Virus record (IMG/VR): IMGVR_UViG_3300005613_000026
Location: 23,576 to 87,575 of that record
Origin: a virus
Direction: 5' to 3' (one strand)
Length of the DNA: 64,000 bases
The notes under the pieces were generated by a model. It was not told the DNA's origin. It ran no database searches and saw nothing but the letters and a program-made list of their open reading frames with translations. Shown in pieces: positions 9,483-19,900 of the stretch. Both the position numbers and the translations under genes were made by a program. Each line of letters opens with the position of its first letter. Within the stretch, counting starts at the first letter, position 1.

Positions 9483-9983
9483 TTATCCCTTTTTCTTAGG
9501 TTTTATATTATATTTTTCTATTTCTTCTAAACTCATTCCCATAGCAAGTAATAAATCGTCATGAGTGTCGATTTCATTAAGAAATTTAACCGTATCTCGT
9601 ATTTCTTTGAGAGTTATTTTGCTTCTAGGCTTTTTACTAATAGAAGATCTAGGTTTTGGTTTTGGTTCAGGTTTTGATTTACTCACAATCCCCATTTCTT
9701 CATCTAACTCTTTTTTTGCATTTTCTATCTGTTTTTCTGATTGTTCTGATAATACATCAAAAGATAAATCTAATAATGTCATTTCTTGTATTTCAAAAAT
9801 AGTCATTTCATCACAAGGTTTACAAAAAATACTTAATGCTAAAACCTCTTTACTTGCATTCTTACTGGATTTCTGAATACCTACTGATAACAATTCCTGA
9901 GGTTCAAAAACTCTGCCACACTTTCCGCAGGTTAATTTTTCTTCCTTAAGTATCTTTTTTATCCATTGTGGTAAATTATTCAT
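9483..9983 (-). CDS. Putative Zn-finger protein
   Basis: CGKC...CKPC pair; basic Pro/Lys linker. Confidence 0.65.
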   Translation of the reverse strand: MNNLPQWIKKILKEEKLTCGKCGRVFEPQELLSVGIQKSSKNASKEVLALSIFCKPCDEMTIFEIQEMTLLDLSFDVLSEQSEKQIENAKKELDEEMGIVSKSKPEPKPKPRSSISKKPRSKITLKEIRDTVKFLNEIDTHDDLLLAMGMSLEEIEKYNIKPKKKG

Positions 9984-10014
9984 CTTTTACACCCTTATAT
10001 AAACCTATATTATC

Positions 10015-10041
10015 ATTATAAATTATTAACAAAAATCCTTT
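10015..10041 (-). promoter_or_regulatory. Putative promoter AAAGGA-N15-TATAAT
   Basis: Intergenic. The same motif with identical spacing (AAAGGATTTT...TTATAATG) recurs at 12781-12807. Confidence 0.45.
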
Positions 10042-10046
10042 AATTA

Positions 10047-10784
10047 TCACCTTTTTAACCTAGACTGTGCCTTGAACTTCTTCCAAGCCCTCATATGATG
10101 CTGTATCATTAGCATTTTCTTAGATCTGGTAACCCCCTTACTATTTATTCTATATTTTATCAAAGGTTCTTGAAAATTATGAAACTTTTTCCTAGCAGAA
10201 ATGGCTCTAAGCCATAAATCGAAATCGGGCACAGTCCAAATCTCCTTATCTGTAGAATACCCTCCTAGTTCTAAAAAATCCTTCTTACGGAACATCGTGG
10301 TAGGGTCCATTATAGGATTTCTACAATCTTCTATCACCATTTTCGTTATATCGACATGGTTCTCTGGGGGGTAGTTAGAAACCCTAATATCATTTCCTTC
10401 TTCATCTATATTTATTACCCAAGAGCCTATACAAAAAACATCTGGATTTTCATTGAGATACTCTACTTCTTTACTAAATCTATTTGGGAAACTAATATCA
10501 TCCGCATCTTGAATGGCTATATATTTACCCTCCGCTCTTTCAACAAGCTCGTTTCTGCGAGCAGATATTCCCTCTTTGCTCCTTTTGATAGAGATAAAGA
10601 AACTTCCAGGAAAATTATTCATTACTCTACTTACTATTTTCTCTGTATTATCAGTACACCCATCTAATATTATACCTACTTCAAAATCTCTAAAATCTTG
10701 CATGAGAAGAGATTGAAGAGATTCCTCAACGAACTTTTCTCCGTTGTAAACAGTCATAATCGCACTAACTAATGGTTTTGCCAT
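10047..10784 (-). CDS. Glycosyltransferase family 2
   Basis: LVSAIMTVYNGEKF...ILDGCTD...YIAIQDADD...DFDLWLR. Start placed at MAKPLVS (10784) rather than the track's 10829. Confidence 0.9.
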   Translation of the reverse strand: MAKPLVSAIMTVYNGEKFVEESLQSLLMQDFRDFEVGIILDGCTDNTEKIVSRVMNNFPGSFFISIKRSKEGISARRNELVERAEGKYIAIQDADDISFPNRFSKEVEYLNENPDVFCIGSWVINIDEEGNDIRVSNYPPENHVDITKMVIEDCRNPIMDPTTMFRKKDFLELGGYSTDKEIWTVPDFDLWLRAISARKKFHNFQEPLIKYRINSKGVTRSKKMLMIQHHMRAWKKFKAQSRLKR

Positions 10785-11877
10785 TTTTAAAAACCTCATC
10801 ATAAAGTGGATAAATTTTAGACCAATCATGTTGCAAAACTTGTTTTCGTCCCTCTTCTACAAGTTCTTTTCTAATATCCTTATTATATACTGTTTTACTA
10901 ATTGATCTCACATATTCATCTATTTTAATTGCTCCTGGACACTTATACCCCTTCATATCCTCTTTACTAACTTCAACAACAATACCACCTTTTTTATCTT
11001 TCACATCTCCTACATTCATAGAGACCCAAGGCAAACCAGCAGCTTGAGATTCTAAAATAACCAATGGAGATACTTCTTTTTTAGAAGCGAATACAAAAGC
11101 ATCTGCACACTTAAAAGCCGCAACAACATCTTCTCTAGGTAAATCCCTAAAAAAGTAATTTTTATATATAGACATAATGTTTCTGCAATTAGACAAGAAC
11201 ATCTCTCCATATTTGTATTGAATAGTATTAAAAACAAACGCAACTGCTGATTCTTTCTTAAAATTGAGATCTCCATGATTCCCTATTTTACATATAGAAG
11301 AAATAAGCTCTTGACCTTTTCCATAAAAGAACTGCCCCACATTTAAAAATAAATACTTCTCTTTTATACCGTATTTTTCTCTAAAATTTATAGCGTTATT
11401 ATCAAACTCTGATAAATCAATACCGTTAGGAATGACTATTGGCTCTAAACAATTATATAAAGCCCATTTATAATCTATAGTGGTACTAGAATGAGTAATT
11501 ATATTAAATTTTTTCTTATTATTTTGCAATATTCTTAAAATATCAGGATGAAACTGCATATGATATGCCCCTACAAGAGCCACAGATACATCAGGTTTAA
11601 TCTTTTTTATATTTTGGAGTATTGCATCAAACCCCCAAAAAGAATCGCTATAAATCCATATATGCTCGTTCTCATTAACTTGAGAAACAATATCATCCCC
11701 CTTCTTGCATTTGAAATACTCTACATTGTTTTCGCAAAAATAAGAATTCACACTAAAACTATATACTTTTACACTATATTGACACGTATTAGCCAATCTT
11801 TCTGAAACTTGCTTAATAACCGTCTCAGATCCCCCTACGTGTCTATGAGAAAAATTACAAAATATTCCTAATTTCAT
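10765..11877 (-). CDS. Glycosyltransferase family 4 (GT-B)
   Basis: VGGSE..., VIPNGIDLSEF, KGQELI, ADAFVFAS..E..PLVILESQAAGLP. Confidence 0.9.
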   Translation of the reverse strand: MKLGIFCNFSHRHVGGSETVIKQVSERLANTCQYSVKVYSFSVNSYFCENNVEYFKCKKGDDIVSQVNENEHIWIYSDSFWGFDAILQNIKKIKPDVSVALVGAYHMQFHPDILRILQNNKKKFNIITHSSTTIDYKWALYNCLEPIVIPNGIDLSEFDNNAINFREKYGIKEKYLFLNVGQFFYGKGQELISSICKIGNHGDLNFKKESAVAFVFNTIQYKYGEMFLSNCRNIMSIYKNYFFRDLPREDVVAAFKCADAFVFASKKEVSPLVILESQAAGLPWVSMNVGDVKDKKGGIVVEVSKEDMKGYKCPGAIKIDEYVRSISKTVYNKDIRKELVEEGRKQVLQHDWSKIYPLYDEVFKNGKTIS

Positions 11878-12581
11878 ATTTTATCCTTAATTTGATTTCC
11901 TAATACCAAACTATCAGCTTTTTTCATATTATCTTCCGCCCAAAGAGGCTGTAGATTATTTAACGACCAACAATATTTAAACTCTACATCATTTACACTG
12001 TTATATTTAAAGAAACTCAATGGAATAATATGATCTATATGCCATTCTTCCCTATTCTCCCAAGTCATACCATGTTTAAATAATCTCTCTAAATGAGCTT
12101 TTAATTTTTCCACCGTGTATCCAACAATATCTTCCCAGTGTCTACCACCTTTAGATATATTATTATCTCTCAAAGAATTTCGAATACTAGAAGCCATATT
12201 TAAATTCAATCTAAACATAGTATCTTCTTTATATCTTAGATTGCGATATTTTAATACATTTTTTAATATCTTTTCTTTATTCTTTTGATAATATTCTTTT
12301 CTACTCCTACTAGTTTTATCATTATACTCCTTTACTTTATCTGGGTTTTTCTTTCGATATTCTCTTTTATTCCTGTTTAATCTAGTTTTATTCTTATTTC
12401 GATATTCTTTATTATATTCTCTAATCTCTTCACGATGCTCTTCTCTATATTTTTTCTTTTTTCCCCTCAAATCTTTTTTATGAGTTTTAGAATAATGTTG
12501 CCAACAACATTTATCAGAACAATATTTTGTTTGTCTCCCAATTAATTTCCTATCACACATTAAACATTTTTTATTGTTCAT
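11874..12581 (-). CDS. HNH homing endonuclease with a basic helical N-terminal region
   Basis: CLMC...YCSDKC; WHIDHIIPLS...CWSLNNLQPLWAEDNMKK. Start placed at MNNKKC after GGAG (track gives 12611). Confidence 0.85.
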   Translation of the reverse strand: MNNKKCLMCDRKLIGRQTKYCSDKCCWQHYSKTHKKDLRGKKKKYREEHREEIREYNKEYRNKNKTRLNRNKREYRKKNPDKVKEYNDKTSRSRKEYYQKNKEKILKNVLKYRNLRYKEDTMFRLNLNMASSIRNSLRDNNISKGGRHWEDIVGYTVEKLKAHLERLFKHGMTWENREEWHIDHIIPLSFFKYNSVNDVEFKYCWSLNNLQPLWAEDNMKKADSLVLGNQIKDKI

Positions 12582-12780
12582 AATTAACTCCATATGCCAT
12601 TCTCTGAACATTTTCTATATCGACATCTGTCCCCATATGTCCTAATCTTTTTATCTCCCATACCAATTTAAAGTGACCTTCATCTGGATTTGTTGGTTTT
12701 AAAAATAATTCACACAAATTTTTTAACACTTTTTTATTTTTCTTTACTCATTTTTATCTCCTTAATACATTATAATAACA

Positions 12781-12807
12781 TTATAATATTATTATTAAAA
12801 TCCTTTT
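12781..12807 (-). promoter_or_regulatory. Putative promoter AAAGGA-N15-TATAAT, overlapping an 11-bp tandem repeat
   Basis: Second copy of the motif at 10015-10041; ACATTATAATA x2 at 12767-12788. Confidence 0.45.
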
Positions 12808-12893
12808 TTATTTTTGAATAAATTAAAAATTTATGTTAAATAGATATATCTGTCGATAATAAAAAATAGTGACATATTTTATGGAGATTAATT

Positions 12894-13046
12894 ATGGAAA
12901 AGAAAAATAAAAATATAATGATTATGGTATCAGAAACAATGCATCAAAAGTTCTTAAAAGCCTGTCATAACGATGAACAGACTATGAGTGAACACTTAAG
13001 AGAATGTATTAAAAATAAAATTAGAAAATCAGAAAAGAAGATTTAA
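12894..13046 (+). CDS. Ribbon-helix-helix (CopG/Arc-like) DNA-binding protein, 50 aa
   Basis: GGAG SD; MEKKNKNIMIMVSETMHQKFLKACHNDEQTMSEHLRECIKNKIRKSEKKI shows an alternating hydrophobic strand, a helix, and a 'TMSE.LR..I' second helix. Absent from the ORF track. Confidence 0.7.
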   Translation: MEKKNKNIMIMVSETMHQKFLKACHNDEQTMSEHLRECIKNKIRKSEKKI

Positions 13047-13756
13047 TTATCCATACAAAAGACAGGTATATTATAATTTTTCCACTTTTCTTGGAATTTT
13101 TGCCAGCTATTCATAAAATACTTTCTTCTATTCCCTCTTAACGCTAAATCATGTTTTTGATGATGTACAATCGGATTGTAATTCCATCCTATTTTATATT
13201 TTTTTTGATAAGCTTTGAAACAAAAATCTGGATCTTCAAAATATGCTGGACTAAAAATCTCATCAAAACCCCCCAATTCTTCAAAAATAGGTTCTCTAAT
13301 CATCATGCATCCACAGCCCACGTAATTAAAAGATTCTTTAGAAGAATTTATTTTTTGATAAGGATAGAAATCTTTTTCCCTGAGTCTCCACGCCTCTTTT
13401 CCGACAACCTCATATCCTTTCTCAAAAAAATCAAAATAACTATCTTGCCAACCTGATAATACAAACTGATCATTATCTAAAAAACATACAGACTTAGCGT
13501 CTGGGTATTTCATTCTAGATATTGTATATCCTTGATTCCTACCCTTAATTATTCCCACATTTTCAATATTAAATTCGACAACAATATTATTGTGCTTCTT
13601 TTCTAATTCATTAAGATATATCGTTGTGGCAGCTGTAGAATTGTTATCAATTACAATTAAATTAAAATTTTTTGTATATTTATAGAGATGATCTAAACAT
13701 TTTTTTGTGTGATGGAGATTATTATAAGTTAGAACAACTATATTTAACTGACTCAT
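13043..13756 (-). CDS. Glycosyltransferase family 2
   Basis: IVVLTYNN...VIDNNS...FLDND...GGFDE.F.PAYFEDPDFC. Confidence 0.9.
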   Translation of the reverse strand: MSQLNIVVLTYNNLHHTKKCLDHLYKYTKNFNLIVIDNNSTAATTIYLNELEKKHNNIVVEFNIENVGIIKGRNQGYTISRMKYPDAKSVCFLDNDQFVLSGWQDSYFDFFEKGYEVVGKEAWRLREKDFYPYQKINSSKESFNYVGCGCMMIREPIFEELGGFDEIFSPAYFEDPDFCFKAYQKKYKIGWNYNPIVHHQKHDLALRGNRRKYFMNSWQKFQEKWKNYNIPVFCMDN

Positions 13757-13785
13757 TTTTAGATCCCAAAAAAGATAACTATGTT

Positions 13786-16700
13786 CTAATTAGTTATCGT
13801 AATTGGGTCGCTAGTTACTGAAGTCCCGAAGTCATATGTGTCATAAGGAACAAGCTCTGCATACCACTGTTGACCTGCAGCCAATAATCTTGCATCTATT
13901 ATGGAGCTATGAGTTCCTATACTCGTCCTAATATCTCCAGAAGAATATGTGTTGTCCTCAAAGACCTCAAAATAAGAATCCGTTGAAGGATCATTATATG
14001 TATAAACATGTGTGAATGTTTCTTCTCCAGGTAATTTTCGATACCATTTCACTGTTGTCCTGTCTTCTTGAGCAGTAGTGTCTACATCTCCAAGAGCAGT
14101 TATCTCAAAATCAAAAAATGTCCAATTTAAAGTTATATTTGTGTCTTTAGGAAAAACAGTAGCAGAATATTCTACATCATAAATTTTTGGAAGAGAATTC
14201 TGAACAACCACTTCATCTAAAATCACAGAATCTCCTGTAGCAGTTGCCGTGCGTGGCACAACTTGAACAGAAATCCTGTTATTGTATCTCAAACCATAAT
14301 CCCTGAAATTCTCAACTCCAATTTCGTTTACTCTTAATTGCTCAATTGGCACCCCGCTAGGAGTGTCTATACCATAGATACCCCTCTTAAATGTATCTCC
14401 ATTTACATACCATATGATTTCAGAATTATTTTCTGAAGTATCAGCATGAAAACTTTCGCTAAAAGGAGGAGATATAACTGCCATTGTATCACTAGCTAAT
14501 CTACTAGTTATATTACCATCTGAATCTTGAGCCTTTACGAATATAGAGTCCATTACTGGCACAGACTCTATAACCTCTACAACACCCGATTTTGTTCTTG
14601 TCCCAAAAATAGAACCATCGCTTACTTCTATTTCATAGTAAACTTTATCTCCCGCATTTAATATTGAGACTCCTTGTCTCTTTACCCAATCTACAACTGT
14701 CATCCCTGCTAAATCATCACTATCAGGATAGGACAAAGAAGTCTTTGTGTAAAAAGGATCTGTAGGATCTGCTATATCATTCCATTTTCTTAGATTGGAT
14801 AAATAATCTATCCTATTACCATTAATATACCAGTGTATTTTTGTTTGATCTAAATCCTCTGGATCGTAATTAGTATCAAAATAAGTATAAGAAACTTCTA
14901 TAATACTATAACGATGAGGGACCTCATTTGTAATAACAACACTACTTGCTTCTGGAGATGCTTTAGATACTGGTGGAAGTAAATCTTTACCAGTTGTGTA
15001 CTGATAACCAATTCCATATATCTCTATTGGAGTGGACTCTGATTTATTAGATATCTTTAAACCTACCTTATAGTTACTATCATTTAAAATACCTATCTTA
15101 TAATCTCCATCAACATAATCACTATCTATAGAAGGACCTAAAATAATCAATCCATCTCTAGGATATAATTTATATTGATCAGTTGAAATAATTTCATCAT
15201 TCTTGTTATATATGATTACTGAAGCATATGGGTCCCATGGCCCAGAATGAGCTTTCAATGTAAAATTATCTACTTTATCTAATGACTCTTGTGCAAACTC
15301 GGTAATATCTTGAGAAAATCTAATAGGTATAATAACTTTTCCATTTTGGTTAACAGAAGGTTTCGAATTAAAATGATAATCTTGCCAATTACTAGAATTA
15401 GAATTTGCCACACCAATTTTTATTTGTTCATCATTAACTTCATTAGCATCAACTCCTAATACAACTTGATAAGGAGAAACACCTTCGTCCTCCAGATTGA
15501 GATAAAGATAAACAATGTTCTCTGTATTATAAATAATTCTAACAGACGTTAACGACGGAGACGGTGGAGCTGTCAGATACTCGTCTCCCAACTCTCCACT
15601 ATTAAAACCAGTTATCATAACTATTTTGAATTTAATATATCTAGCATAAAGTTCATCAAAATCTGCTGTTTCATTATACTGATACTCAGTTGAAATAGAC
15701 GTATAATTATAACCATCAGTACTCGTCTCTATACTCCAACTAGCACTTGCATTACTTATTGGAATATTAAAATTAGCTGTTATACTATTAACAAGAACCT
15801 CTGCTCCCAAATCCTTCACAAACTCATATGTCCCATATCCTAAAGCCCCAACTGCTTCTGAGTAAAATATACCAGAGACATCATCTAAATAATCTTCACT
15901 TACAATTGTTAAAGCCTGTCCTCCTGTCTCAAATGCAATTTTATTAATATCCCTAGTATCTGATGTATTAGCTTTTACAGATAAAGTAGGAGGATCTACA
16001 ATGCCCATATTAGAAACAAGCACTGGAACCTCTTTATCCCCATCAATGTTATTAATTTCAGTTATCGCATTATCAACAGTAGCGGTAGATATTGAAGATT
16101 CATTATCTGTAAATAAATAAATCAATTTCTTCTTAGCATCTATATCTGTATCAGACATCAAATCAGATGCTGACACGAGGGAATCATACATCAAAGAAGC
16201 CCCAAATGGAGTAGAATAAGAAAGGTCATTGAGATTACTTATAACACTATCTACAGAACCATTATTAGAACCGATAATCCTATTGATAGAAGGTATCCAA
16301 TCAACATTGTTATAACAATCAATTACCAAATTACTAGGAATTCTTTTCTTTTCTTTTCTAAATAAAGAATTAACACTATTACCATCCTCAATGACAGGAT
16401 TTGTTCCCCTATCTACAGTTTGGCCATATGGTCCATCAGGATCATCAGAAACAACAGTAACCTGAATAGATATCTTATATGGTCTTCTAATTTGCCCAGT
16501 TGATATTAACATAGTCACTGGATTTTTACCTGGATTAGTTATCTGCTCATCCCCTGAAATTCCCCCTTGAGAAACTATATAACTATCCGTTATATCGCTT
16601 CCCGCTCTTTCTTGGATAGTTGATGTTTCTTCAAATATATCTTCAGAACGAGGTAATAAAGTTATAGCCGTTCTTCCATTTTCAACAGTTATCCTGTCAC

Positions 16701-16944
16701 TAACAAAAAGAACAGGATGAACGATTGTCTTGTCATTTATAGTATTAGCGGATTGCCTCTGATAACTCTCACTTTCATATAATTCTGTATCACTATCAGA
16801 AACATCCTCGAACTTTAGAAAACCTCTTACAATGATATCCACTTCTTCTGTAAGATAATGTCCATTGCGCTTAAGCTCTATAGGAACTGTTAATGACTGT
16901 TTCCCGTTTAATTTTAATTCTATTGTTTTATATTCTTGTGCCAT
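13786..16944 (-). CDS. Putative virion structural protein (1052 aa): C-terminal half of a vWA domain plus Ig-like repeats
   Basis: GASLMYDSL...KKLIYLFTD...INKIAFETGG; YTYFDTNYDPED..IHWYING-type Ig modules; no signal peptide. Confidence 0.6.
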   Translation of the reverse strand: MAQEYKTIELKLNGKQSLTVPIELKRNGHYLTEEVDIIVRGFLKFEDVSDSDTELYESESYQRQSANTINDKTIVHPVLFVSDRITVENGRTAITLLPRSEDIFEETSTIQERAGSDITDSYIVSQGGISGDEQITNPGKNPVTMLISTGQIRRPYKISIQVTVVSDDPDGPYGQTVDRGTNPVIEDGNSVNSLFRKEKKRIPSNLVIDCYNNVDWIPSINRIIGSNNGSVDSVISNLNDLSYSTPFGASLMYDSLVSASDLMSDTDIDAKKKLIYLFTDNESSISTATVDNAITEINNIDGDKEVPVLVSNMGIVDPPTLSVKANTSDTRDINKIAFETGGQALTIVSEDYLDDVSGIFYSEAVGALGYGTYEFVKDLGAEVLVNSITANFNIPISNASASWSIETSTDGYNYTSISTEYQYNETADFDELYARYIKFKIVMITGFNSGELGDEYLTAPPSPSLTSVRIIYNTENIVYLYLNLEDEGVSPYQVVLGVDANEVNDEQIKIGVANSNSSNWQDYHFNSKPSVNQNGKVIIPIRFSQDITEFAQESLDKVDNFTLKAHSGPWDPYASVIIYNKNDEIISTDQYKLYPRDGLIILGPSIDSDYVDGDYKIGILNDSNYKVGLKISNKSESTPIEIYGIGYQYTTGKDLLPPVSKASPEASSVVITNEVPHRYSIIEVSYTYFDTNYDPEDLDQTKIHWYINGNRIDYLSNLRKWNDIADPTDPFYTKTSLSYPDSDDLAGMTVVDWVKRQGVSILNAGDKVYYEIEVSDGSIFGTRTKSGVVEVIESVPVMDSIFVKAQDSDGNITSRLASDTMAVISPPFSESFHADTSENNSEIIWYVNGDTFKRGIYGIDTPSGVPIEQLRVNEIGVENFRDYGLRYNNRISVQVVPRTATATGDSVILDEVVVQNSLPKIYDVEYSATVFPKDTNITLNWTFFDFEITALGDVDTTAQEDRTTVKWYRKLPGEETFTHVYTYNDPSTDSYFEVFEDNTYSSGDIRTSIGTHSSIIDARLLAAGQQWYAELVPYDTYDFGTSVTSDPITITN

Positions 16945-16949
16945 TATAT

Positions 16950-19900
16950 TTATCCGAAATTAATGTCTATAGAATCATCTCCTCTTGCGTCAGTATACCC
17001 CCCTATAATATAGATATAAGGACTTCCCGAGACATTACAATAAGCTGCGCTTGCTCCATGTTTAGCTGTTAACATTCTAGTAAGTAAATTAGAACTATCT
17101 TCATTTTCAAAACTAGCATTATAATCAAAGTTGTTTGATGAAACAGTTATTTGCTCTACGGCATCTAAACTAGAAGAAGAACTATCGACTCCTCCAAAAA
17201 TATAATAATCAGCATTATCAGTAGAAGGAGAAGGATCGTATTCAGCCATAGCAGATTGAAATTTAGGAGAAGGAAAATCTCCTAGATAACCACTATTAAA
17301 TTGTATATATCTTTGAGTACCTGTTCTTGTCATTGACAATTCTGGTGATATGCAAAAATCATCACTAGGATATACAAAATTACCTCCAGATTCTTTTGCC
17401 CCATTAAAAACAATAATCTTATCATCGTATTTTATAGATAAAGGAAATATCCTATTATAAGTTAAAATTTCATCTGTAAATAATATATCAGAATAAGCCC
17501 ACTGATCATCTTCAATACAATATCTGAGTATCCTATTATTGTATTCTCTAATATCAGAAGAAGAAGATGTAATAGACACTCTTTTTATTCCACTTAGTAC
17601 ATAAATATAATTCTTTGCACCAATAACGAAATGTTGAGCAGTTCCAAACGCTACTCCCAATCTATCTTCAAACGCTCCTGTACTAATTACAGGAAATGGA
17701 GTCAAAGATTCCCATAATCCAGTGTCTGTATGATACACCTCATTAGCAAGACTAACATCTGCCTCTCCATTTTCTAATAAATTTAAAGAGATACCTCCAA
17801 GAGTATAAATATCTGTTCCTATAACAACCGTTGAACCTCCGAACCTAGGAGTAATCATATTAGAAACAGTGCTCCATTCATCATTATCCGCATCATACCT
17901 TTCTGTAATAGATGATATATCTGCACCATTCCCCTTCATCCCTCCAGCTACATATATATAAGATCCAACTGACCCCACAAACGCATTTCCTCTACTTTGA
18001 GTCATTTCTCTAACAAGGGTCCACTCATCATTGTTTATATCATATCTTTCCATTGTTCTAGAATAAGGAGTTACAACCGCACTTGATATAGTAGTTACAA
18101 TACTAGGATTAGAAACCGTATCAACAGTCTCATCCTCTCTATTTATAGTTAAATTAACCTGAACAAAAACATTCCTATCAGTCTCTCCGTTTTCGTCATA
18201 AACCGAATACATCTTAATAGTTTCAGTTGTAGTTTCTTCTGGAACCCTAGAAGCAGATAAACGAACAGTTACATAACTAAACCCATCTGACTCAGTTGCA
18301 GTATAATAAATATAACGACTTGCTATAAACAAATTATCTATAGTATTATTTCCAATTGATACATATATCGGAGTATCATCTGGTATAGATTCCCCTCTCC
18401 ATAAAACTCTCACCTTAACATATACATCTGAATCATGTTTAACCAGAGTGTTGCCATCTGCATCTAAAAAATTATCATTATATACTTCTATTCTTTCCCC
18501 ATCGTCAATCACCCATTTAGAATCTATAACTAGAGCCAAGGGTTCTTTTAAGGCTATTGGGCAAGGAGGAATACCATTATAAAAATCTCCCCCTCCAAAA
18601 AGAACAAGAGGCTGATCATTAACAAAAATTGTTGTTTCTCCCTTTGCGTATACTACAGGAGACCATCGTGGTAAATCACATTGAGTTAATCCTTTTGTAT
18701 CATCTTTTGCAAGACATAAACATTTATTAATTTCATTTTCATCATCACAATCAGAATTATTAATAGCTCCCGATTCAGAAGCAAATTTATTCGCCCTTAT
18801 ATAAAAATATGTGATATCTGACTCTTCTTCATCATTAAGCTGAATGTAAGCATCTCCATAATCTACAAAACCATTTCTTCCTATATTAAGAACATATCTG
18901 CCAGTGTAAGGATCTAATTCTTCCGAAACTTCCCCATGAATAATTTCTAAATTATCATCTCCTAAATTAACATGAACAACTTGCCCAGAACTTAATTCAA
19001 ATACTTGAGAATCATCCTGATCAGCACAATTAATAAAACAAGTAGAAGCTTTAAAATCACTGGTAGTATTTGCTGGATCTCTAGAAATTTTCATCCTTTT
19101 ATAATCAGAACCATCTGTCCATAAAGGATAAAGATCAGCATCTAACCATCCAGCCCCTCTCCACGCTAGAGAAGAACCATATCCTCTCCATCCTCCATCT
19201 ACTTCCATAAGAAAACGAGCTTGAAATTTCTCAAAACTATCTGGATCATATTCTAGTCTTATATATTGTTTTGCAGTAGATGACAAACCATTATAAACTA
19301 TTGTTGCACTAACTTCTTGCACTTCATCTATCTTTGTGCTTCCTCTTTGAATAGGACCCAAAAATACACTTCTGGCTACACCATTCCTAGTATAAGAATA
19401 AACTCCATTAGGAATAGGAACATTATCTACAGAATACAAATTTCTTTCATTCCCCTGAATAGGAACTATTTTCCATTGAACAACTGTAGAATCATCGGGA
19501 TAAGTAACCAAAGATTTATCAGTAGGATAATCAGGATGTAGAATTCTAGCAATAGCTTGTTGTTCCGCTACGCTTTTTCCATCTATTTCTGGATCTCCAG
19601 CTTGTATGTCTATTTGCAATATACTTTGAAATAATATATAAATATCTTTTACCGAAGAATACCCAGCATTAGATCCTTTCACAAATAATCTAACAGCCTG
19701 AGGCATATCAGGAGCATAAATAGGAATATCAACATACGAAATAGTTGTAGAGACAGTCTCTCCTCCTACTTCTCTTGTCTCCGTCCCTAGTAAAACTCCC
19801 ATTGTAGAATTAGGAGGAGTAACAATAGTACTAACTTTAGTCTTAGGTCCCTCATAAGGTCCAGCAGAAGTTGTGTTGCCCGCATTAGCACACAAATTAG

